This document shows, one piece after another, positions 9,393 through 17,007 of a stretch of DNA of 64,000 nucleotides (position 1 is its first letter; the number at the start of each line of letters is the position of its first letter). The stretch is from Bdellovibrionota bacterium. GTDB lineage: Bacteria; Bdellovibrionota_C; UBA2361; JAAYZI01. The notes beneath the pieces were generated by a model. It had not been told where the DNA came from and did not search any database. It worked only from the letters and a program-made list of their open reading frames with translations. The DNA lies in assembly GCA_050950765.1 (NCBI GenBank), contig JBMNIF010000003.1, positions 64,001 through 128,000 of the forward strand, in the 5' to 3' direction. A program made the position numbers and the translations under genes.

Positions 9393-10616
9393 ATGGTACA
9401 GATTAAATCCTTTAAAGCGCTTCGTCCTGCTCAACCTTATGCTGCCGCCGTTTCAGCACTCCCCTACGATGTTATGAATCGAGCAGAAGCTAAACAGTTA
9501 GCAGATGGCAATCCACGTAGCTTTCTTAGGATAACGCGCAGTGAGATTGAGTTGGCAGAAGATATAAACCCTTACGATCCCCAAGTGTATCAACACGCCA
9601 AAGAGAACCTTGATCTTTTTTTAAGTAACGGTACGTTATTACAAGATGAGACCCCCCAGATCTACATCTACCGTTTAATAAGAAATGGACGCTCTCAAAG
9701 TGGTGTCGTAGCACTTTCTGCTGTTGATGATTATCAAAGTGGTGTTATTAAAATCCATGAAAAAACAAGAACAGAAAAGGTACAAGATAGAACGCAACAT
9801 ATCTTAAGCACGTCAGCTCAAACTGGACCTGTCTTCTTAACATTTAGAGATACTTCAGGTGTTACAACTTTAATAGAAGAAGGGATGAGAAGTGAGCCCC
9901 TCTATGATTTTGTTGCTTCAGATGGTGTGCAACATACAATTTGGAGATCGCAAAAAACAACTGAGATTATAGCGGCTTTTTCTAAAATTCCTAATACGTA
10001 TATCGCCGACGGGCACCATCGCGCTGCCAGCTCTGCCAACTGTCGAGAGGTTTTAAAAGGAAAAAATCCGCACCACCGCGGAGATGAAGAGTATAACTTT
10101 TTTCTTTCAGTATTATTCCCTGAAGATCAGTTAGAAATTTTACCGTACAATCGAATAATCAAAACCTCTTCCCTCTCTGCAGAGGAAGCTCTTAATAAGA
10201 TAGGAGAGGTGTTGCTTGTAGATCCTAATGCCAATCCCCACCCATCTAGCAAGCGTCATATCAGTATGTACCTTGCTGGGAAGTGGTACGGCTTAAGCCT
10301 TCCTCAAGATTTTGAGATTCCGCAAGATATTGTTGAAGCTTTAGATGTAAGTATCCTCTACTCCCTAGTTCTTAATCCGATTTTTAAGATCGGTGATTTA
10401 AGGAGTGATAATAATATTGATTTTATCGGTGGTGTTCGAGGAACAGAAGAGTTGGAGCGACTTGTTAATTGCGGTGAGGCTTTTTGTGCCTTTTCGATGT
10501 ATCCTGTCACCATCTCCGATCTTTTAACGGTAGCAGATCAGGGCAAAACTATGGCACCCAAATCAACTTGGTTCGAACCGAAGCTACGCTCCGGACTTCT
10601 AGTACATCTTATCTAG
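9393..10616 (+). CDS. DUF1015 family protein
   Basis: PYDVMN, IKIHEKT, YIADGHHRAAS, C-terminal MAPKSTWFEPKLRSGL. Confidence 0.9.
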   Translation: MVQIKSFKALRPAQPYAAAVSALPYDVMNRAEAKQLADGNPRSFLRITRSEIELAEDINPYDPQVYQHAKENLDLFLSNGTLLQDETPQIYIYRLIRNGRSQSGVVALSAVDDYQSGVIKIHEKTRTEKVQDRTQHILSTSAQTGPVFLTFRDTSGVTTLIEEGMRSEPLYDFVASDGVQHTIWRSQKTTEIIAAFSKIPNTYIADGHHRAASSANCREVLKGKNPHHRGDEEYNFFLSVLFPEDQLEILPYNRIIKTSSLSAEEALNKIGEVLLVDPNANPHPSSKRHISMYLAGKWYGLSLPQDFEIPQDIVEALDVSILYSLVLNPIFKIGDLRSDNNIDFIGGVRGTEELERLVNCGEAFCAFSMYPVTISDLLTVADQGKTMAPKSTWFEPKLRSGLLVHLI

Positions 10617-10670
10617 TGCAGCTAGATTTCAAGCTCTCTAAAAAGGAAGAGATAGGGGTGGACACATTAA

Positions 10671-10712
10671 AAAAGCGGTTTCTGTTATACTGACAGAAAC
10701 CGCTACTTTTTT
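10671..10712. terminator. Bidirectional terminator-like hairpin between DUF1015 gene and pgk
   Basis: AGCGGTTTCTGT (10674-10685) / ACAGAAACCGCT (10693-10704) flanked by A- and T-runs. Confidence 0.75.
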
Positions 10713-10802
10713 CTTGGCTTCCTCTATCCGAGACACCTCTTTTAAAAAAGGTTCTAGCTAAAGGGTAGCACTCGAAAGTTAGGAAGACTAACTTAAAAGT
10801 TT

Positions 10803-12017
10803 TTACTTATCGGTCAAAGCAACAACACCTGGAAGCGCCTTTCCTTCTAAGCATTCAAGGCTAGCACCACCACCCGTTGAGATATGAGACATCTTAGGTG
10901 CTAAACCTGATTGATTTACAGCTGCTGCAGAATCGCCACCACCGATAATTGTAATAGCAGAGCTATCAGCGAGGATCTGTGCAATGGCAAACGTCCCCGT
11001 AGCAAAAGCTTTCTTTTCAAAAACTCCCATTGGACCGTTCCAAACAACGGTCTTAGCAGTAGTTAAAACGGTCTTAAACTCGGCAATAGTTTTTGGTCCG
11101 ATATCAAGCCCCATCTGATCTTCAGCGATCTTATCAACAGTTGCTTCAGCCTCTTCAACATCAAAGCTCTTAGCTACCACATGATCGATCGGCAGTAGTA
11201 ATTTAACTCCTTTCCCTGCTGCCTTTGCCAAGATCTCTTTAGCAAGATCTACCTTATCCTCTTCTACACGGCTAATACCGACGCTCTCACCCTTTGCCTT
11301 TAAAAAGGTGTACGCCATAGCACCACCGATAATTAAAGCATCGACCTTCGTTAAGAGATTGGTAATGACTTCAATCTTATCCGAAACTTTAGCACCCCCT
11401 AAAATTGCAACAAAGGGACGCTCTGGTGCTTCAAGTACCTTACCGAAATATTCGATCTCTTTTTGCATTAAAAAGCCGCAAGCGTTTTGAGAGAAATGTT
11501 TCGTTAAACCTTGCGTTGAAACGTGTGCACGGTGTGCCGTTCCAAAAGCATCATTGACATACATATCACCGAGGGCTGCAACCTCTTTGGTAAAGTTATC
11601 GATCTTTTGCTTTGTGGCATCATCTTGCTTAGCGTATTTATCAAGTAATTCCTCTTCAGGGTGAAAACGCATATTCTCAAGTAAAACCACATCCCCATCT
11701 TTCATCTCGTCAACGATCTTTTTTGTTGCAGAACCGATACAGTCGGGTGCCATTGTAACCTCTTTACCGAGCAATTCAGAGAGACGTTCCGCTGTTGGTT
11801 TTAAGGTAAACTCAGGAGCAACACCTTTAGGACGTCCAAGGTGACTCATTAAAATCAATTTACCGCCACGCTCAATGACAGATTTAATACTCGGCAAAGC
11901 AGCAACAATTCTAGTGTCATCACTTACCTTACCGTCCTTAATGGGGACATTAAAATCCACCCGCATTAAAACTTTTTTGCCACAAACATCGAGATCCGCT
12001 ACTGATAATTTATTCAT
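10803..12017 (-). CDS. pgk: Phosphoglycerate kinase
   Basis: [52 protein letters not shown]. Confidence 0.98.
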   Translation of the reverse strand: MNKLSVADLDVCGKKVLMRVDFNVPIKDGKVSDDTRIVAALPSIKSVIERGGKLILMSHLGRPKGVAPEFTLKPTAERLSELLGKEVTMAPDCIGSATKKIVDEMKDGDVVLLENMRFHPEEELLDKYAKQDDATKQKIDNFTKEVAALGDMYVNDAFGTAHRAHVSTQGLTKHFSQNACGFLMQKEIEYFGKVLEAPERPFVAILGGAKVSDKIEVITNLLTKVDALIIGGAMAYTFLKAKGESVGISRVEEDKVDLAKEILAKAAGKGVKLLLPIDHVVAKSFDVEEAEATVDKIAEDQMGLDIGPKTIAEFKTVLTTAKTVVWNGPMGVFEKKAFATGTFAIAQILADSSAITIIGGGDSAAAVNQSGLAPKMSHISTGGGASLECLEGKALPGVVALTDK

Positions 12018-12443
12018 CTTTACCTTTTTTCTCTTTCAATAATTAAATATAACTTTAAAACAGATAGAACTGAGGTTGTCTTTTCCCCAATCTATCGTTT
12101 TTTATTAGCGCTTACCAGCCGTCAAGACACAGAAGCACCTTTACACATACAGTTTCTTTATAAAAGCGACATCTACGGCATAAACTCCTCGTCTATACAC
12201 CATCATACCGCTACACTTAATAGTTAAGTTATATTCAAAGTGTGGACAATTAACAATCACCTTTAAAGATTAAGCTACACCCCCTAAGATCTTTCAGACT
12301 CGACACTTTAAAGGTTTTTAGATATCCTTCTTAGGATCAGGTAAGCAATCTTAAAACTCTTGCGCTTGATAACTACTAAAGTTTCTATTAAATTTGTCTT
12401 AATAAATTTAATAGGTATAAAACTAAAAATAAGGAGAACACTT

Positions 12444-12980
12444 ATGGACTTTTTTGAAGTTATAGAGAAGAGACACAGTTATCGAGGTAAATTTAAAGAT
12501 ACTCCTGTTAGTAGAGATGACTTAAATAAGATCCTTCAAGCTGGCATCTCTGCCCCCTCCGGTTGTAATGCACAAACAACTACCTTTATCGCCGTAGACG
12601 ATCCGCAAGTGCTTTCAAAGATAAAGGAGGTTGCTGGAGAAAGTACTGCTATAAAAACAGCGCAAGCCGTTATCGCCGTGCTTATAGATACCACACCAAA
12701 AGCAGTATATAACGGGATGTCGTTTCAGGTAGAAGATGCCTCTGCTGCCGTTCAAAATATCTTACTTGCAATTACTGCTTTAGGATATTCTACGGTTTGG
12801 ATTGATGGCTGGTTACGGTGTAATGATAACGGTGCAAAAATCGCTGATATCTTGAAGGTTCCACAAGAAAAAACGGTAAGAGTTCTGCTTCCGATCGGAG
12901 TTGCAGCAGAAACGGTGTCGAGGGCAAAGAAGCGTCCCCTAGCAGAGCGTGTTTCTTATAATGAATATAAGGGCGCTTAA
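12444..12980 (+). CDS. Nitroreductase family protein
   Basis: IEKRHSYR, APSGCNAQ, AVQNILLAITALGYSTVWI; ATG at 12444 after AAGGAG. Confidence 0.9.
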   Translation: MDFFEVIEKRHSYRGKFKDTPVSRDDLNKILQAGISAPSGCNAQTTTFIAVDDPQVLSKIKEVAGESTAIKTAQAVIAVLIDTTPKAVYNGMSFQVEDASAAVQNILLAITALGYSTVWIDGWLRCNDNGAKIADILKVPQEKTVRVLLPIGVAAETVSRAKKRPLAERVSYNEYKGA

Positions 12981-13008
12981 ATATCTGTAAGAGAGCCTAA
13001 TAAGAATT

Positions 13009-13066
13009 AAAAAATGAAAGGCACGGAAGTCTTTCAATTGAGAGTTTAAAAAACCTTCCGTGCTTG
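13009..13066 (-). terminator. Terminator hairpin of array unit 1 (copies at ~13799-13855 and ~14472-14530)
   Basis: Minus strand (G)GCACGGAAG...CTTCCGTGCCTTTCATTTTTT; stem extends with G-U pairs only on the minus strand. Confidence 0.8.
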
Positions 13067-13117
13067 TAATTGCCGAAACCGTTTAGGTTCCGAGAGTAAC
13101 CGCGCGACGTTTACGCA

Positions 13118-13561
13118 TTAGAGCCTTACGAGTGGCAAGACCTCCTCTGGGAAGATTTTGAGGATAGCCTCAATGAAGCTAAGCAGTTCCTGATAACTTG
13201 GTCTCGATTTTGAGTCAGAGTTAGGCAAAGACACACCCTTGATGTGTTTTTTACTCCACACCGCGTCGGGTTCAATGCACTCCTCAATCAGATCCTGATA
13301 AGGCTTCTTCATGGCGTTAATCAAAAACAGCATGAAGTCAGGTTTGTCCCCGTACTCTTTGAGTAACTCCGCTATCGCAGTTGTAAGGTCTTTGTTCATG
13401 AAACATTTACGCAGATCCTCTGCGAGACCATCCGGCAACTCTTCACCAGCTAAAAAGCAACTATGGGCATTCCCAAGACCGTGCTCATTAAGCCATTCGA
13501 AGCAGGCGGGGTTAACAAACACCTCAAGCGGCACCCAAAAGCCTGTTTGAGCAGCACTCAT
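13118..13561 (-). CDS. Hypothetical protein, array unit 1 (147 aa from MSAAQ)
   Basis: AAGGAG RBS before ATG 13561; shares ELP, F..(F/Y)L and (I/C)FP..V motifs with the other two units. Confidence 0.7.
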   Translation of the reverse strand: MSAAQTGFWVPLEVFVNPACFEWLNEHGLGNAHSCFLAGEELPDGLAEDLRKCFMNKDLTTAIAELLKEYGDKPDFMLFLINAMKKPYQDLIEECIEPDAVWSKKHIKGVSLPNSDSKSRPSYQELLSFIEAILKIFPEEVLPLVRL

Positions 13562-13743
13562 CTGGCAATCTCCTTTTCCAACTAAAGCCATCAGACACCA
13601 AAACCTCTCTAAAAAAACAGAGACACAACCGTTATGTCTTGTGAAAGACTTCCTGCCTGAATAAAAAACATTAAAAAATGTTAATTACTCAGGCAAAAAT
13701 TAAATCTTCTACTGTATCAATTGTTAATTAAAGCGATCACCGG

Positions 13744-13772
13744 ATCTTACTGTTTTAAAAAACCTAAAGCAA
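13744..13772 (-). promoter_or_regulatory. Sigma70-type promoter, array unit 1
   Basis: TTGCTT-N17-TAAGAT on the minus strand. Confidence 0.65.
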
Positions 13773-13906
13773 TTTTAAAGGATCTTTAATAAGAATAAAA
13801 AAAATGAAAGGCACGAAAGTCTTTCAATTGAGAGTTTAAAAACCTCCGTGCCTTGTAATTGCCGAAACCGTTTAGGTTTCGAGAGTGACCGCGCGACGTT
13901 TACGCA

Positions 13907-14239
13907 TTAGAGCTTTACGAGTGGCAAGACCTCGTACGGAAAGATCGCGCGAAAAGTGCATTCAACGTTTAAATCGTACTAGCGCTCTTCGATGACGCGA
14001 GACAAAAACTGCGGAAAGTCACGTTCAGTCGCCTCGGGGAATCTTATGCAGAAAATTTCTGCATAGCAAGCGACTAAAACTTTTAGCTCGGCTTGGAGTT
14101 TTTCGTTTGAGAAACAACCACGCAGTCTTGCTACTAAGTCATCCGGCAACTCTTTGCCATTTGAAAAGTGCTCAAAAGCCAGCCGAAGGTCACTTTCGTG
14201 GAGCCTAAAGCAACCACAAGGATCATTTTTCTTTTCCAT
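13907..14239 (-). pseudogene. Array unit 2 ORF interrupted by in-frame TAG (13979-13981)
   Basis: MEKKNDP...VIEER* continues in frame as YDLNVECTFRAIFPYEVLPLVKL*, homologous to the unit 1 C-terminus IFPEEVLPLVRL*. Confidence 0.7.
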
Positions 14240-14417
14240 TGGGCAAACTCCCCATATGAAGTTATCAGGCACAAAAACCTCTCTAAAAAAACAGAGACAC
14301 AACCGTTATGTCTTGTGAAAGACTTCCTGCCTGAATAAAAAACATTAAAAAATGTTAATTACTCAGGCAAAAATTAAATCTTCTACTGTATCAATTGTTA
14401 ATTAAAGCGATCACCGG

Positions 14418-14446
14418 ATTTTACTGTTTAAAAAAACCTAAAGCAA
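14418..14446 (-). promoter_or_regulatory. Sigma70-type promoter, array unit 2
   Basis: TTGCTT-N17-TAAAAT on the minus strand. Confidence 0.7.
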
Positions 14447-14555
14447 TTTTAAAGGAGCTTTAATAAAGATTAAAAAATGAAAGGCACGGAAGTCTTTCAA
14501 TTGAGAGTTTAAAAAACCTTCCGTGCCTTGTAATTGCAGAGAGTGGTTGCGTATC

Positions 14556-14978
14556 TTAGTCGCACAATCTCATCTTTTTCCAGACATTCTCTGGGAAACA
14601 TCTTGCGATGATACCAAGAATATCACGCAGTTCTTCAAGCTGAGCATCTTCAAGCGGCGATAGAACCCTCCCGCATTCAACCAGTGTTGAAGGATCCCTT
14701 ATAAGGAGATCGATCTCCTCAATCGGTTCCTTATAAAGCGTCAGTATCGCCGTAATCAGATAGCGTGAAAATTCGTCTGCGGTCGTTTCGGATGAGTCTT
14801 TACAGAATTGCTTAATGAGGCTACTTACCTCATCAGCGTTACTGTTTCTTGCCAAAGAATTAATCAGCTCTCGAGTGGTAGCTTCCGGTAATTCTTTATT
14901 CCTTTTACAGCACTTAAAAGCTTCGCGTAGAATCCTATCTAGATCGTCTTCCATAGAAGCTCTCATAGAAGCTTTCAT
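14556..14978 (-). CDS. Hypothetical protein, array unit 3 (140 aa from MKASM; alternative in-frame GTG start at 15014)
   Basis: AAGGAG RBS before ATG 14978; KELPE, FSRYL and CFPENV align with units 1 and 2. Confidence 0.7.
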   Translation of the reverse strand: MKASMRASMEDDLDRILREAFKCCKRNKELPEATTRELINSLARNSNADEVSSLIKQFCKDSSETTADEFSRYLITAILTLYKEPIEEIDLLIRDPSTLVECGRVLSPLEDAQLEELRDILGIIARCFPENVWKKMRLCD

Positions 14979-15158
14979 AGAAGTACTCCTTTTCCAGCTG
15001 AAGTTATCAGACACCAAAACCTCTCTAAAAAAACAGAGACATAACCGTTATGTCTTGTGAAAGACTTCCTGCCTGAATAAAAAACATTAAAAATGTTAAT
15101 TACTCAGGCAAAAATTAAATCTTCTACTGTATCAATTGTTAATTAAAGCGATCACCGG

Positions 15159-15187
15159 ATTTTACTGTTTAAAAAAACCTAAAGCAA
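15159..15187 (-). promoter_or_regulatory. Sigma70-type promoter, array unit 3
   Basis: TTGCTT-N17-TAAAAT on the minus strand. Confidence 0.7.
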
Positions 15188-15277
15188 TTTTAAAGGATCT
15201 TTAATAAGAATTAAAAGGCACTCGAGGCTCCTTAAGATCTAGTCTTTATTTTTTAAAAAGATAATTAGTTCAATTGG

Positions 15278-16057
15278 TTAATTCTGATTTAGAAGCCAGA
15301 TCTGTAACATCCCCTTTATCGTAATATCAGGGTCGTAGATTATTTTTTCATCAATATCTTGATTTAGACGTTCCGTAATAACACCCCCCAAGCCTCCCGT
15401 TGATATGATATAAGGTATCTCACCGATCTCTCTTTTAAAACGTTCAATCAAGCCTGCAATCAAGCATTCATAACCTATCATAGTACCCGCCTGCATGGCA
15501 GAAACTGTGTTACGACCGATCACACTATCCGGAAAGACCCTCTCAATTCGTGGCAATTTGGCAGTTTTGCTAACTAAAGCATCTAACGCTATCTCTAAAC
15601 CTGGGGCTATCACACCTCCGATATAACTTCCAGCGCTATCAATGTAATCGATAGTTGTGGCGGTTCCAAAATCTACCACCAAAGCAGGAAGCCCATAAAA
15701 ACACTTAGCGGCAACAGCGTTCGCTATCCTATCAGATCCAACAGCCGCTGGATCGTTCTGCTTAATTAAAACTCCTGTCTTTACCCCTGGACCAACTATT
15801 AGCGGCTCGATGGCGAATTCATCAGCAATTAAAGTGCTAAATAATGTAGTTAATGGTGGAACTACGCTGGCAATAACAGCACCAGCACACTTAAAATCAC
15901 CGTTAAAACGTTTCTGCAAAAGAGAAACGAGGGTCACATTGTATTCATCACGAGTTCTGCGCAGATCAGTACAAAGCCGACATTCACAGATCAATTTATC
16001 CCCTTTAAAACAACCAACGATTATATTTGTATTTCCGATATCAACAGTTAATAACAT
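15278..16057 (-). CDS. coaX: Type III pantothenate kinase
   Basis: LTVDIGNTN, ASVVP, VGSDRIANA, VVDFGTATT, GGVIAPG, STGG. Confidence 0.96.
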   Translation of the reverse strand: MLLTVDIGNTNIIVGCFKGDKLICECRLCTDLRRTRDEYNVTLVSLLQKRFNGDFKCAGAVIASVVPPLTTLFSTLIADEFAIEPLIVGPGVKTGVLIKQNDPAAVGSDRIANAVAAKCFYGLPALVVDFGTATTIDYIDSAGSYIGGVIAPGLEIALDALVSKTAKLPRIERVFPDSVIGRNTVSAMQAGTMIGYECLIAGLIERFKREIGEIPYIISTGGLGGVITERLNQDIDEKIIYDPDITIKGMLQIWLLNQN

Positions 16058-16160
16058 CGTTTTTATCCCCTAGTTTTAGCAGGTCTCTTGATCTGAATAT
16101 CAAAACTTATAAAAGCCATTAAAAAATCTAAATCACTTTTAATCTTGTATTTAATTAAAA

Positions 16161-16937
16161 CTAAAACCGTTCCGAAAGTAAATCTCCAGACAAAACTTTT
16201 GTTAACTTACCACCTGTTTTAAGTAGTAATGCCCCCGTCTGATCGACCCCTTCAAAGATTCCGTTAAGAAAGCCGTGTGGTGTTCTTACCCTAATCTCTT
16301 TTTTTAGACAAAAAGCATTTGCAAGCCATTTATCCCTAAATTCTCCAAATCCGACCTCACAAAACTTATGCCATGAATTAGCTAACTCTAGTGAGAGGTT
16401 AGCTGCAACCTCCTCTAATTTAAAATCAAACACACCGAGATCTTCTAAAGAGATAGCTTCCGGTACAGGCGCTGTTTTTAAATCCAACCCTATCCCTACC
16501 ATAATGGCATAGCCGTTCTTTACCCGTTTTGTTTCAATCAGAACACCTGCCAACTTCTTGCCACTCTTTGTCATAACATCATTTGGCCACTTTAATCCGA
16601 TGCCATCAATCCCAAGCACTGCCATAATGCAGTTTCCAACTACAAGTGAAAATCCCCCACAATTTTTCGGCAACTTTTCACACCTAATCACAAGGGTCAG
16701 ATAAAGATTGCCGTCGCCAGAGTTCCACTCTCGACCACTACGACCACGTCCTGCAGTTTGTGTGTCTGCAATAACAACCCCGATCGTATCGTTCTCCAGA
16801 TCTTCTGCTAGGAGCGAAGCTTCATCCATAGTTGAAGCAACACAATCAAACCAGTAGACCCTCCACTTATTAAGTTCGCTACAAGAGTTATCGTTCAATT
16901 TGTTGCGTAAAAGATCTTCTTTTATTGATATTCTCAC
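16161..16937 (-). CDS. birA: Biotin--[acetyl-CoA-carboxylase] ligase (no HTH domain)
   Basis: STMDEA, QTAGRGRSGREW, LKWPNDV, KKLAGVLIE. Confidence 0.93.
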   Translation of the reverse strand: MRISIKEDLLRNKLNDNSCSELNKWRVYWFDCVASTMDEASLLAEDLENDTIGVVIADTQTAGRGRSGREWNSGDGNLYLTLVIRCEKLPKNCGGFSLVVGNCIMAVLGIDGIGLKWPNDVMTKSGKKLAGVLIETKRVKNGYAIMVGIGLDLKTAPVPEAISLEDLGVFDFKLEEVAANLSLELANSWHKFCEVGFGEFRDKWLANAFCLKKEIRVRTPHGFLNGIFEGVDQTGALLLKTGGKLTKVLSGDLLSERF

Positions 16938-17007
16938 GACTCTAATTATACCTATCTAAAATATATTCAGTTTATCCCTTTTATTTTGTAAATTATGCCA
17001 CCTAAGA

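Larger units (their letters stand above)
12998..15221 (-). repeat. Tandem array of three units (789, 674, 741 bp) with near-identical non-coding blocks and divergent ORFs
   Basis: Unit boundaries TAATAAGAAT(T)AAAA-like at 12998, 13787, 14461 and 15202; ~200-bp block at 13590-13800, ~14264-14470 and ~15005-15216 is almost identical. Confidence 0.95.

Noticed and set aside
13979..13981. Stop-codon reassignment (TAG read as an amino acid)
   Set aside because: Conserved genes in the window terminate properly at TAG; a single nonsense mutation is simpler.
13311..15060. Plus-strand ORFs 13311-13550 and 14815-15060
   Set aside because: Antisense shadows of the payload ORFs; promoter, RBS, G-U-compatible hairpins and protein similarity all favour the minus strand.
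12998..15221. Integron cassette array, CRISPR or DGR interpretation of the three-unit array
   Set aside because: No convincing attC RYYYAAC/GTTRRRY boxes, each unit has its own promoter, the payloads are paralogous, and there is no integrase, reverse transcriptase or adenine-specific variation.
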